A stretch of 64,000 nucleotides of DNA from Thermoanaerobaculia bacterium (GCA_963816185.1 CAWFJJ010000028.1:192001-256000); one strand, 5' to 3'. Numbered from the stretch's first letter, positions 51,557 through 61,267 are shown. The notes: generated by a model from the sequence alone, not told the origin. Numbers and translations: made by a program.

Positions 51557-51560
<4 letters not shown>

Positions 51561-52342
51561 GCGGCGTCACGGATCCCCTCGAGGGCCGGTCGTTCTCGCA
51601 CATCGAGAACGTCATCTACCTGCCGTCGACGCCTTCCACGAACGACGTCGCCAAGACGATCGTGGAGAAGATGCTCGCCGAGAGCGAGGACATCCGGCCC
51701 ACGATCATCGTGGCGGGGGAGCAGACGGCGGGGCACGGGCGCATGGGCCGAAGCTGGACCCCGCTGCCCGAGGCCCTCGCGGTCTCCATCATCGTCCCGT
51801 GGCCGGCGGGGCCGGAACGCGTCCGCCTGCCGGTGCGGGCCGGGATCGCGGTCGCGCGAGGTCTTTCCAAGGCGTTCGCCCTCGACGTGCGGCTCAAATG
51901 GCCGAACGACCTCCTCGTGAAACGCAAGAAGGTCGGCGGCATCCTCGTCGAGGCGCGCGCGAACGACGAAGGCGAAGGCTGGGCCGTCGTCGGCGTCGGC
52001 CTCAACGTGCGCGGCACACGGAAGGACCTCGATGCCCGGGGTCTGAGGGATGCGACGTCGCTCGAAGAGGCAGGCGTCACGTCGGCGAGGCTCGCTGGTG
52101 TCGCGCCGCTCTCGGCCCTCCTCGACGTCCTCGACGCGCCGCTCGGCGAGGCGGGAAGAGATCCGCTGCCGGAGGCATTCGCGGCCGTCTCGGCCCATGC
52201 GCCGGGCGACGCGATGAGCGTCATGGACGCGGGCCGATCCGTGTCGGGCGTCTTCCGCGGAGTGAACGCCGACGGCGCGCTGCGCCTTTCGACCGGGCGC
52301 GGCGAGGAGACGATCGTGTCGGGCGACGTCGTCCTCTTCTAG
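51557..52342 (+). CDS. birA: Biotin--[acetyl-CoA-carboxylase] ligase (no HTH)
   Basis: STN, EQTAGHGRMGRSW, KWPNDL, KVGGILVE, GVGLNV. Confidence 0.92.
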
Positions 52343-52355
52343 GGGCCGTTTCTCC

Positions 52356-53228
52356 GTGAACGAAACGCCGGAGTCCGGGCGCGCACCGTCCCCGGCGGAC
52401 ACGGGCCTCGACGAGGCGGGCTACGCGACCCGGATCGAGGACGCCTTCATCGCCGAGCGAGGCACGCCGTTCCTCGTGTCGGCGAAGGACTGGAGCTTGA
52501 TCCGCGGATGGCGGGAGACGGGCGTACCCGCCGACACCGTCGTGCGCGCCGTGCGCGAGACATTCGAGAGGCGCCGCGCTCGCGGCCAGGCCGGGAAGAT
52601 CTCCTCCCTCGCGTACTGCGCCGACGCCGTCACCGAGCGCTGGGAGATGGAGCGCCGGGGCCTCGTCGGGAAGGAAGATGCGCCCCCCGCGGCGCCAGAC
52701 GCGGCCGCAACGCGTGAAACGCTCGCCACGCTTGCTGCCGCGCTCCGCGCGGCGGGAGAAGAGAAGAAGAACTTCTTGCTTCGGAAAGAGAAAGAGAGGG
52801 ACCCAGGAGCGACGAGCGATGGCGGAGCGACGGGGATCGCTCTGGAAGTTCTTAGAAGGGGGTATGGGAAGGCGGACGCAGCATCTGAAGTCGGCGTTCC
52901 GGCGCACTCGGGACCCTTCGAAGAATCTTCAGGTGCTCTTCGTAAGGCTCTCGACAAGGCGGCGGCTCAGGTCGAAGAAATCTCCCCCGATCTTCCCTTC
53001 GAAGAAATCGAACACAAGCTGTCCTCTATCGAGGCATCACTCGTGCGAACGGGTCTGAAAGCAATGAATCCCTCTTTTCAGGCCCGCGTGGAAGAACGCG
53101 TCTCTTCGGCGTTGGGAGACGTGTCCCTACTTGCTCCCCACGTCGTCGAGCGCATGCGCAAGGCGCTGACGCGCCGCGAGGTGCGAGCGCTCGCCGGCTT
53201 TCCGCCGTTGACGCTGCTCCATGGCTGA
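52356..53228 (+). CDS. Hypothetical protein (DnaD-like N-terminus) containing a motif-derived segment
   Basis: IEDAFIAERG...SAKDWSLI..W...GVP pattern. Operonic position, overlapping the next start. Confidence 0.65.
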   Translation: MNETPESGRAPSPADTGLDEAGYATRIEDAFIAERGTPFLVSAKDWSLIRGWRETGVPADTVVRAVRETFERRRARGQAGKISSLAYCADAVTERWEMERRGLVGKEDAPPAAPDAAATRETLATLAAALRAAGEEKKNFLLRKEKERDPGATSDGGATGIALEVLRRGYGKADAASEVGVPAHSGPFEESSGALRKALDKAAAQVEEISPDLPFEEIEHKLSSIEASLVRTGLKAMNPSFQARVEERVSSALGDVSLLAPHVVERMRKALTRREVRALAGFPPLTLLHG

Positions 53229-54645
53229 CGTCCGTCCCGGGGAGCGCGCCGACGTGGCGATCGAGCGCGTCGTGCCGGGGGGAGACGGGCTGGCGCGCCT
53301 TTCGGGCGTCGTAACGCTGGTGTCCGGAGGACTGCCGGGAGATCGTGTGCGCCTGCGGGTGACGGAGGCCTCGGATCGTCTCGTGTCGGGCGCCCTCGAG
53401 ACGGTGCTTTCTCCCGGCGAAGCGCGCCGGCCGGAGGCTGAGATGTGCCCCCGGGCGCGGGACGGCTCGTGCGGCGGATGCGACTGGCCGGCCGCGCGCC
53501 TCGAGCATCACCGCGAGCTGAAGACGGCGATCGTCCTCGACGCCCTCCGGCGGCTCGCGGGCCTTCGTGCCGAGGCTCTTCCGGAGCCGCGCTGGCTCGG
53601 CTCCGCGCGGAACTATCGGTTGCGAAACCGCCTGCATCTCGATCGGCAGGAAAGACTGGGCTTCTTCGCGCCTCGCTCGAACACCGTCGCGAACCTCGAG
53701 ACGTGCGAGATCGTCTCGAAGGCGCTGCTCGCACGGCTGCCCGCGATTCGCGATTTCCTGAAGGGCTTCGGGGGGATGGAAGGAGAGCTCTGGACGCTGG
53801 AAGACAGGGAAGGAAAAACGCTGCTCGGCGAGATGCGGCTCGACGGGCCGCGTCTCGGCGAAGGTCATGGTCCGCTAGTTACTTCGAAGGTGAAAGACAG
53901 GGGGAGGGGACCGTTCGACGGATTTCGAGTCGTCGATGCGGGCGGCCGCATCCTGCTCTCGGACGGGCCGTCGTCCCTGTCGATCGTCGCGGGCTGCGCA
54001 TCATTCGACGTCTCCGTCTCTTCTTTCTTTCAAGGAAACCTCTACCTCCTCGACGCGTTTCTCGAAGAGGTCCGGACCGCGCTTCGCGCCGAGCGAGAAG
54101 ATTCCGCGCTTCGCGCGGTGCTTAGAAGGGAAGAGGGGCGAAGGGAAAAGGGGCGCGCCCTGCCCGTTCGCGCGCTCGACCTCTACGCTGGGGTAGGGTT
54201 CCTCACACGTCCTCTTCTCGAGCTCGTGCGCGATGCGGGCGCGGGGGACGTGACTTCAGTGGAGATCGAGCCGTCCGCGTCAAATTCCCTTTCTAAGAAT
54301 CTTTCTCTCTGGTCTTCCCAGGGCCTACCCCTTGCGCGCGCGGTCCGTGCGACCGCGGAGTCTTTTCTTTCTTCGCAGAGAGCGTCGAATTCTCCGAATC
54401 CGCCGATCGACGTGCTCGTCGCCGATCCGCCGCGCACAGGCCTTTCGCCCGCCGTGCGTGCCGGAATCCTCCGCCTCGCACCGCGGCATCTCCTGATGGT
54501 CTCGTGCGATCCGCCGACGTTCGCGCGCGATCTTTCGGCCCTGGGATCGCGTTACGCGGTCGAGCGGCTGACCCTCCTCGATCTCTTCCCCCAGACGCAC
54601 CACGTGGAAACGGTCGCCTTGCTCACGCGGCGCGAAGTCGGATAG
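53221..54645 (+). CDS. TRAM-domain RNA (uracil-5-)-methyltransferase, RlmD/TrmA family
   Basis: TRAM domain, C..CGGC, SFFQGN, LDLYAGVG, DPPR, VSCD, DLFPQTHHVE. Confidence 0.92.
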   Translation: MADVRPGERADVAIERVVPGGDGLARLSGVVTLVSGGLPGDRVRLRVTEASDRLVSGALETVLSPGEARRPEAEMCPRARDGSCGGCDWPAARLEHHRELKTAIVLDALRRLAGLRAEALPEPRWLGSARNYRLRNRLHLDRQERLGFFAPRSNTVANLETCEIVSKALLARLPAIRDFLKGFGGMEGELWTLEDREGKTLLGEMRLDGPRLGEGHGPLVTSKVKDRGRGPFDGFRVVDAGGRILLSDGPSSLSIVAGCASFDVSVSSFFQGNLYLLDAFLEEVRTALRAEREDSALRAVLRREEGRREKGRALPVRALDLYAGVGFLTRPLLELVRDAGAGDVTSVEIEPSASNSLSKNLSLWSSQGLPLARAVRATAESFLSSQRASNSPNPPIDVLVADPPRTGLSPAVRAGILRLAPRHLLMVSCDPPTFARDLSALGSRYAVERLTLLDLFPQTHHVETVALLTRREVG

Positions 54646-54654
54646 AAGCGCGGC

Positions 54655-57078
54655 ATGCGAGCGTCGTGGTCGAGGGAGGCGGGGGCGCCTTCGCTGCCCC
54701 TTGCGGGTGGCCTGGCTGCCGGAATTCTCGCGGCAGCCGTTCTCCCCGTGCCGCCAACGCACGCCCTCGGCGCCGCTCTCGTCATCGCATCGGCCGCCGG
54801 GGTCGCCCTGGCAATGCGGAAAAGCCGTGTGCGTGCTTTCGCCGGACTGATTCTCACCGTGTGCGCCGGGTTCTGGAACGCCCGCGAGCGATACCTGCTT
54901 CCTGCTCTCCGCTCGGAGTCCGAGGCGCACGCCGCGCTCGTCCGTGCGCGGGCGGCGGACCCGGCCGCCGACGGAGCTCTTCTCGAAGTCACCGGTCGTC
55001 TCGACGCACCGTGGACCACGAGCGGCTCGCTTTTCAGGACGCGGCTCGCCGTCGAAGCGGCCTCGGCGAACGGGCGCTCGCTGCGTCTGGAGTCGGGTGT
55101 GCCTCTCACGGTCGCCGGACAGCGGGACCCCGCCAGCGTCGCCGAGCTCGGTGACCGCGTGCGCGTGCGTGGCACGCTGCGCCTTCCCGAGGCGGGCGGC
55201 CCCAGCCGTTCTCCGTTCGACCTTCCCGCCGAGCCTCGGCTCGCGCTCAAGAGCGCCGCCCAAGTCGAGCGGCTCGGCCCGCCCAAGGGACCTCTCTCGC
55301 TCGTGGCGCGCGCGCACGCCGCCGTGAAGCGGCGTCTTCGCACGAATCTCGCCGGTGCCACACCCGAAACGCGCGGAGCGCTCGCGCTCCTCCTCGCCCT
55401 CGTGATGGGCGAGACGCAGGACCTGCCCGCGGCGACGATAAGCGCCTTCCGAGACGGCGGAGTCGCGCACATCGTCGCCATCTCGGGATTGCAGGTCGGA
55501 CTCGTCGCGGCGCTGCTCGGATGGCTCGCGCGGAGACTCGGCGCATCCCTTGCCGCGCGCGACTCGTTCGTGCTCGTCGCGACGGCTCTCTTCGCGATCT
55601 TCGCCGGAGGCAGGCCGCCGGTCGTGCGCGCGGCGCTGATGATCGGCCTCTATCTCTTCGCGCGCCTTCTCGGACGCCCAACCTCGGCGATGCACGTCCT
55701 CGGGTTCGCCGCGGCCGTGCTGCTCGCCGCCGATCCCTCGAATCTCTTCGACGTGGGGTTCCTCCTCACGTTCGCGGCCGTGTTCGGCCTGGCGGCGTTC
55801 GGCGTCCCTGCGTCAAGAGCCATGCGCCGGATCGGGATTCCGGGGCTCGTCGCGGACGCCCTCGGCGCAACCACGGGCGCCGAGATCGCTGTTCTCCCGA
55901 TCCAGCTCTTCGTGTTCAACGTCGTGCCCGTCGTGGCGTTCCTCTCGAACCCGTTCGTCGTGCCTCTCTCGAGCGCCTTCCTGTTCGCGGGCCTTTTCCT
56001 CCTTCCTCTCTTGCTGCTATCCCCCGCGTCGGCGGCCGTCGCGATCGTGCCGCTGAGATTCCTGTCGGATGTCCTGCTCGCGATGCTCCTGGCCCTCGAC
56101 CGGCTGCGTGCGGTGAGGGTCGTCCCGACGCCCGCGTTCGCCCTGGTCGCGATCACGGCCGCGCTCCTCGTCGTCGCGGGTTTCGCGCGGCGCCTCGCTC
56201 TCCGGCGCGCGGCGCTGGCCGGGGCGGCGGCGGTCGTCCTCGCCGTCGTTCTCGCCCGGCCGGCCGCAGCGGAGCGGGGCACGGTGGTGCTTCAGGCGCT
56301 CGACGTGGGGCAGGGGGACGCGTGGCTCCTCGTGACCCCCGAAGGCCGCGTTCTCGTGGACGGAGGGGGCAGCCCCGACCGCGCTTACGATTTCGGCCGC
56401 CTCCGGCTGGTGCCGCGGCTGACCGACCTCGGGGCGGTGGCCTTCGACGCCGTCATCCTCACGCATCCGCACCCCGACCACACGCGCGGGCTCCTCGCTG
56501 TCCTGACGTCGCTCCCGGTCGGGCGCGTGATCCTGGCCCGGGCGGCGCCCCGCAATCTCTTCCTCGACGAGTTCGAGGATGCGGCCGCGCGCCGGCACCT
56601 CCTGCTGGAGCGCTTCGGCGCCGGTCAGCGCTTCACGGCGGCGGGCCTGTCCTTCGAGGTGCTGCATCCGGGGGACGATCGATACCCCCGCGCGCGGGAG
56701 AACAACGGATCGCTCGTGCTGCGCGTAGCGCTCGCGGGGCGCACGGCGCTTCTCGCAGGCGACATCGAGGCGCTCGCCGAGAGCGATCTCGTCGCGTCGG
56801 ACCGGAACCTTGCCGCCGACATCCTGAAGGTCCCGCATCACGGGAGCCGGACGTCCTGTACGGCTGCGTTTCTCGCCCGCGTCTCTCCGCGGCTCGGGTT
56901 GATCGGCGTCGGCCGCCGCAACCGTTTCGGCCATCCGGCGGCCGAAGTCATCGAGCGACTGGCCTCCGCGGGCGTCCGGACGTTCCGGACGGATCACGAC
57001 GGGGAGGTTGCGCTCCTCATCGCGGGCCGCCGCATCTTGCCGATCTTCCCCGAGCACCTCGCGCGGGAGGTCCCGTGA
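54655..57078 (+). CDS. comEC: DNA internalization competence protein ComEC/Rec2
   Basis: AHIVAISGLQV, RAALM, GFLLTF, LDVGQGDA, THPHPDH, KVPHHGS, NRFGHP. Confidence 0.93.
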   Translation: MRASWSREAGAPSLPLAGGLAAGILAAAVLPVPPTHALGAALVIASAAGVALAMRKSRVRAFAGLILTVCAGFWNARERYLLPALRSESEAHAALVRARAADPAADGALLEVTGRLDAPWTTSGSLFRTRLAVEAASANGRSLRLESGVPLTVAGQRDPASVAELGDRVRVRGTLRLPEAGGPSRSPFDLPAEPRLALKSAAQVERLGPPKGPLSLVARAHAAVKRRLRTNLAGATPETRGALALLLALVMGETQDLPAATISAFRDGGVAHIVAISGLQVGLVAALLGWLARRLGASLAARDSFVLVATALFAIFAGGRPPVVRAALMIGLYLFARLLGRPTSAMHVLGFAAAVLLAADPSNLFDVGFLLTFAAVFGLAAFGVPASRAMRRIGIPGLVADALGATTGAEIAVLPIQLFVFNVVPVVAFLSNPFVVPLSSAFLFAGLFLLPLLLLSPASAAVAIVPLRFLSDVLLAMLLALDRLRAVRVVPTPAFALVAITAALLVVAGFARRLALRRAALAGAAAVVLAVVLARPAAAERGTVVLQALDVGQGDAWLLVTPEGRVLVDGGGSPDRAYDFGRLRLVPRLTDLGAVAFDAVILTHPHPDHTRGLLAVLTSLPVGRVILARAAPRNLFLDEFEDAAARRHLLLERFGAGQRFTAAGLSFEVLHPGDDRYPRARENNGSLVLRVALAGRTALLAGDIEALAESDLVASDRNLAADILKVPHHGSRTSCTAAFLARVSPRLGLIGVGRRNRFGHPAAEVIERLASAGVRTFRTDHDGEVALLIAGRRILPIFPEHLAREVP

Positions 57079-58028
57079 CCGCACCGCGCCCGAACGGCGT
57101 GCTCGCGATCGTGGGTGCGACCGCGACGGGGAAGTCGGAGCTCGCCGTTGCCGTCGCCGAGCGGCTCGGCGGCGAGATCGTCTCGGCCGACGCATTCGCG
57201 GTTTACCGCGGGTTCGACGCCGGGACCGCGAAGCCCGCTGCCTCTCTGCGCGCACGCGTGCCGCACCACCTCGTCGACGCGCGCGACCCGCGGGAGCCCT
57301 GGAGCGCCGGCGAATTCGCCGCCGAAGCGCGAAGACTCGGCGAGGAAATTCTCGGTCGCGGGCGGCTCCCCATCCTGGCGGGGGGGACCGGCTTCTATGT
57401 GCGGGCGTTCTTCGGCGGGCTCTTCGAGGGGCCGCGTCGGAACGACGAGGTGAGGCGCGCTCTCGAGGCGGTGAGGGCGCGCCGCGGAGCGGATTTCCTC
57501 GTTCGGATGATCGCTCTCCTCGACCCGGAGAGCGCGAATCGGGTCGGCGCGGCGGATGCCGCGCGGGCCATTCGGCTGCTCGAGATCCTCCTTCTCTCGG
57601 GAGAGCGCCCGTCGCGCCTCTTCCGGGAGAGGCCGGGACGCGTGTGGGGAAAGCCGTCCGTCAAGGTGCTTCTCACGTTGCCGCGCGAGGTGCTCTATGG
57701 AAGAATCGCGAGGAGGTTTCAGTCCGAGTTTGTGAACGAGCTGCCCGCGGAAGTGCGTCGCCTGCTCGCGGCGGGGGTCCCGCTTGCGGCGCCTGCATTC
57801 GCGGCGATCGGTTACCGGGATACGGCGGCGCTCGTCTCCGGCACGCTCTCCGAGGCCGAGTGGAAGGAACGCGTTCTGCGCGACACGCGGCGGTACGCGA
57901 AGCGCCAGGAGGCGTGGTTCCGGCGCGAAAGCGACCTCATCCCGGTGCGGGCCGACCGACCCGATCTCGTCGAGTTCGTCGCGCGCGAGGCGCGACTTCT
58001 TTTTTCCGTTACCGGCGAAGGGGGATGA
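57075..58028 (+). CDS. miaA: tRNA dimethylallyltransferase
   Basis: GATATGKS, GTAKP, PHHL, GGTGFY, AIGY, TRRYAKRQ. Upstream of hfq. Confidence 0.95.
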   Translation: MTAPRPNGVLAIVGATATGKSELAVAVAERLGGEIVSADAFAVYRGFDAGTAKPAASLRARVPHHLVDARDPREPWSAGEFAAEARRLGEEILGRGRLPILAGGTGFYVRAFFGGLFEGPRRNDEVRRALEAVRARRGADFLVRMIALLDPESANRVGAADAARAIRLLEILLLSGERPSRLFRERPGRVWGKPSVKVLLTLPREVLYGRIARRFQSEFVNELPAEVRRLLAAGVPLAAPAFAAIGYRDTAALVSGTLSEAEWKERVLRDTRRYAKRQEAWFRRESDLIPVRADRPDLVEFVAREARLLFSVTGEGG

Positions 58029-58294
58029 CCATGATCGGACCGAGCAAGCCGCCCATCAACGTCCAGGACGGGTTCTTCTATCAGCTTCGCAAGGACAACA
58101 CGCTCGTCGAGATCTTGCTCCTCTCCGAGAGGAAGCGCGTGGGACGGATCCGCCGCTTCGACAAGTACGCGCTGGTTCTCGAGGTGGAGGGACGTGAGGA
58201 GATGATCTACAAGCACGCCATTTCCTCCGTGACCTCTCTGGGTGCGAGCCCCGCCGGGCCCGTCACGGCCCCCGCGCGGACGCCCGCAGCTTGA
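58025..58294 (+). CDS. hfq: RNA chaperone Hfq
   Basis: NVQDGFF..LRK, FDKY, MIYKHAISS. miaA-hfq synteny. Confidence 0.93.
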   Translation: MTMIGPSKPPINVQDGFFYQLRKDNTLVEILLLSERKRVGRIRRFDKYALVLEVEGREEMIYKHAISSVTSLGASPAGPVTAPARTPAA

Positions 58295-59307
58295 CGCGAC
58301 GGCTTCTTCCCGTCTTCGTTCTGGCGGCTGCGGCAATCACGGCCTGTTCGCCGGCGCCGCGGCCCGTCGATCCGTCGTCACCGGAGGTCCGCGCCGCGGC
58401 CTTTGCGACGCGTGCGGAAGGTGAGGCTGCCGACGGGCGTCTCCGCGATGCGCTCGACGCATACCGCGAGGCCTCGCGCCTCGTGCCGGAAGACGGGCGT
58501 TATCGGGAGCGAGCTAACGAGTTGTGCGAGGCGTTCGAGACGTCGCTCCGCGACGAGGCGGAGCCGGCGCTCCAACGCGGGGACTTCCCTTCGGCTCGTC
58601 GCGCCGCCCTCGCTCTCGTCGAGGTGGATCCGGATTCCCCGGCCGGCTACCACATCCTGGCCTCGGCAGCCGAGGCCGAGGGAAAGCTCGAGGACGCCTG
58701 GACAGCTGCCCGGGAGGCACACGAGCGGGCCCCGGCCGATGGCGCGCTCACGGAAGCGCTCGCGAATCTCGCCATGAAGACCGCGCGATTCGCCGAGGCC
58801 GAGGCGCTCTACGGCGACCTCGTAAAAGGCGATCCCGCCATGCTCGAGAAGCAGGCCTCGGCCCGTCTGGAGTTCGAGGTCCAGAACCTGCCGCCCCGCG
58901 CGCGGAAGGCGGTGGCGGCCGCGCGCGTCACGCGCGGCCAGCTCGCGACGCTCCTGGTCACGCTCGTACCCGAGGTGGCGTCCGCCCGTGTGCCGCCGGG
59001 AGCGGACGTTGCGACGGACATCCTCGACCGTCCCGAGCGAAATGCTCTCGTGAAGGCCATCGCGCTCGGTTTCTTTTCCGTGTCGCGTGAGACGCATCGG
59101 GTGGGCGCGGACGTGCCGGTCACGCGCACGGAGATGCCCGCTCACCTTCGTCGCATCGCGGCGCTTCGCGGGAATCCGGAGAACGACTGCCTGGCCGCGC
59201 CTGCTGCTCTCGCCACCTGCGGCATACTCCCGGAGACGGCGTCCCGGCTGCTGAGCGGCCGGGAGGCCTTCGCCGCCATCGACGCGACGCTTCGGCTCAC
59301 CCCTTAG
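58291..59307 (+). CDS. TPR-repeat lipoprotein with SLH-like C-terminus
   Basis: Lipobox ITAC, TPR-like helices, VTRGQLA and VTRTEM SLH-like motifs. Confidence 0.7.
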   Translation: MTRRLLPVFVLAAAAITACSPAPRPVDPSSPEVRAAAFATRAEGEAADGRLRDALDAYREASRLVPEDGRYRERANELCEAFETSLRDEAEPALQRGDFPSARRAALALVEVDPDSPAGYHILASAAEAEGKLEDAWTAAREAHERAPADGALTEALANLAMKTARFAEAEALYGDLVKGDPAMLEKQASARLEFEVQNLPPRARKAVAAARVTRGQLATLLVTLVPEVASARVPPGADVATDILDRPERNALVKAIALGFFSVSRETHRVGADVPVTRTEMPAHLRRIAALRGNPENDCLAAPAALATCGILPETASRLLSGREAFAAIDATLRLTP

Positions 59308-59320
59308 TGGAGGGTCTTTG

Positions 59321-60019
59321 ATGATCGTCACGGAGCTCTTCTCGAAGGTCCCTCTCTTCGAGGGAATCTCGCCGGAGGACCGTGCCGCGCTCGCGCGCGC
59401 CGCCTCGCTTCGCACGTACCGCCGCGGCGAGACCATCGTCCAGCAGGGCCAGCCCGGGGACGCGTTCTACGTTCTCGTGCGGGGCCGCGTGGCCGTCGCG
59501 ATCGTCGCGCCGGACGGGCGCGAAGTGGTCCTCAACACCCTCAGCGAAGGCGACCATTTCGGCGAGATGGCCCTCCTCGACGACGCGCCCCGATCGGCGA
59601 GCGTCATCGCCCAGGAGAAGTCGGATCTCGCGATCCTCTCGCGCGCGGTCTTCCTGGATCTCCTGAGGTCGAACTTCCTCCTGACGCGTGCCCTGCTCGC
59701 GGCTTTCTCGGCGCGGCTGCGCCGCGCCAACGCCACGATCGAAGGGCTCGCCTCACTCGACGTGAAGAGCCGGCTCGCGCGGTACTTCCGCGAGCTCGCC
59801 GCCGCGCGCGGACGAAAGGCGGGCGGGGGCTGGTCCGTCGTCGTGCGCCCCTCGCAGCGCGAGATCGCCGACACGATCGGCTCCTCGCGCGAGACGGTCT
59901 CGCGCACGATGTCGCAGATGGCCGCCGAGCAGCTCATCGTCCCGAAAGGCAAGGCCGTCTACGTCAAGCTCGACTCCCCGGAGGCCGGATCCCCGGGCGG
60001 CTCGTCCCGGACCGGCTGA
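59321..60019 (+). CDS. Crp/Fnr family transcriptional regulator
   Basis: FGEMALLD..PRSAS cNMP pocket, SQREIA..IGSSRETVSR HTH. Confidence 0.93.
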   Translation: MIVTELFSKVPLFEGISPEDRAALARAASLRTYRRGETIVQQGQPGDAFYVLVRGRVAVAIVAPDGREVVLNTLSEGDHFGEMALLDDAPRSASVIAQEKSDLAILSRAVFLDLLRSNFLLTRALLAAFSARLRRANATIEGLASLDVKSRLARYFRELAAARGRKAGGGWSVVVRPSQREIADTIGSSRETVSRTMSQMAAEQLIVPKGKAVYVKLDSPEAGSPGGSSRTG

Positions 60020-60031
60020 GGCGCCCGGTTC

Positions 60032-60622
60032 GTGGAACTGCGCCCCTGGACGCTGCCGAACTTCCTCACGTTTGCACGTCTCGCGTCGCTGCCTTTCCTC
60101 ATCATGGCGATCCTCGGCGGGCGGCACGGCGTCGCGCTCGTGATCTTCCTCGCGGCCGCGATCACCGACGTCGTGGACGGCTACGTGGCGCGCCGGTTCG
60201 GCATGGGCTCGCCGCTCGGTGCGTGGCTCGACCCCATCGTCGACAAGTTCTTCCTCGTCTCCACGTTCGTCGTCTTCGCGCTGCCTTCCACGCCGACGTC
60301 CCTCCGCATCCCGGTCTGGCTTCTCGTGCTCACGGTCTTTCGCGACGCGTTCGCCCTCGCGATCTGCCTCGTCATGTTCCTGGCGCTCGGCATTCGCGAC
60401 TTCCCGCCCTCGATTCTCGGAAAGCTCACGACGTTCCTCGAGATCTCGACCGTGGTCGCAATCCTCCTCGTGAACGTACATCGGCTGCCCGCCGTCGTCG
60501 CGACGACGTGCATGCAGCTCGTGGCGGTCTTCGCGACCGTGTCGGGGCTTCACTACTCCTGGCGCATCGTGACGCGCCTTCCGCGCCCCGCGTCCGCGGG
60601 ACCCCCCGCCCCGCGCGCGTGA
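60032..60622 (+). CDS. CDP-alcohol phosphatidyltransferase (PgsA/cardiolipin synthase type)
   Basis: PNFLTFAR, TDVVDGYVARR...GAWLDPIVDK, GKLTT. Confidence 0.9.
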   Translation: MELRPWTLPNFLTFARLASLPFLIMAILGGRHGVALVIFLAAAITDVVDGYVARRFGMGSPLGAWLDPIVDKFFLVSTFVVFALPSTPTSLRIPVWLLVLTVFRDAFALAICLVMFLALGIRDFPPSILGKLTTFLEISTVVAILLVNVHRLPAVVATTCMQLVAVFATVSGLHYSWRIVTRLPRPASAGPPAPRA

Positions 60623-60891
60623 GAGTCTTCCGGCGTGCGAGCACGGGTCCGCCTCCCGCGCTTCGCCTTCTCTCGCGTTCGGGCTGCCACCTTTGCGAGG
60701 AGATGAGGACCATCGTCGAGCCACGCGTTCGGGCGCTCGGCGGAACGCTCGAGATCGTGGACGTGGACTCGGATCCGGCGCTCGCGGAGCGGTGGGGGAA
60801 CGAGATCCCTGTTCTCCTGGACGCCGAGGGCCGTGTCGTGGCGAAGGCGCGCGACGGAGCTGCGAGGATCGCCCGGCGCTTGGGCGGCTGA
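60619..60891 (+). CDS. Glutaredoxin-like protein (DUF836)
   Basis: SRSGCHLCEE, VDVDSDPAL, IPVL. Confidence 0.85.
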   Translation: MRVFRRASTGPPPALRLLSRSGCHLCEEMRTIVEPRVRALGGTLEIVDVDSDPALAERWGNEIPVLLDAEGRVVAKARDGAARIARRLGG

Positions 60892-60910
60892 CCCGCAGAA
60901 AGGAAAAAGG

Positions 60911-61105
60911 AGCCCGAGGGGCGCCGGTTCCCCCGGACTCCGGTACACCCCGCGAGGGGCCTGCCGGCGGCGGAAATGGCTTTGCGCGTTGCTGTGCGCT
61001 GGTCCTCGGCGGCCCTCCCGAAAACCCGGGACCTCGAAGCTGCTTTCCGGACCCTGCCTGGTGCCTTTCCGGCCGACCCCGCCGTGTTTTCCGGCGCGCG
61101 GGGCT
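60911..61105 (-). ncRNA. Probable 6S-like rod-shaped ncRNA (~195 nt)
   Basis: 5' AGCCC/GCGCCGG pairs with 3' CCGGCGC/GGGCT, and further nested stems surround an asymmetric bulge. TTGACT-17-TACTGA promoter-like sequence upstream (61140-61112). U-tract downstream. Confidence 0.55.
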
Positions 61106-61144
61106 AACTAATCAGTAGGGCCGGAATCGCATGGAGTCAAGAGA

Positions 61145-61241
61145 ATAAAAGGGAAGATTTCTTAGAAAGTGGATATGCGACGCGGCAATTCGCTGCGCCA
61201 TGATTTCCTCTTTGCCTTTCTAAGAAGATCTTCTCTTTATC
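61145..61241. repeat. Paired TTCTTAGAA/TTCTAAGAA element, intergenic copy
   Basis: ATAAAAGGGAAGATTTCTTAGAAAG (61145-61169) versus CTTTCTAAGAAGATCTTCTCTTTAT (61216-61240), a ~25-bp imperfect inverted repeat. Confidence 0.85.
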
Positions 61242-61267
61242 TTTCTTCACATTGCCTTCCATGCTCG

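Noticed and set aside
55465-55500. ComEC ISGLQ in place of the usual ISGLH
   Set aside because: It is a single substitution in an otherwise intact gene, which is not enough to infer loss or change of function.
61037-61064. SRP RNA (ffs) call from CAGGGTCCGGAAAGCAGC on the minus strand
   Set aside because: It lacks the canonical CAGG-UCC-GGAA-GGA-AGCAGC helix-8 pairing. The overall fold fits a 6S-like rod better.
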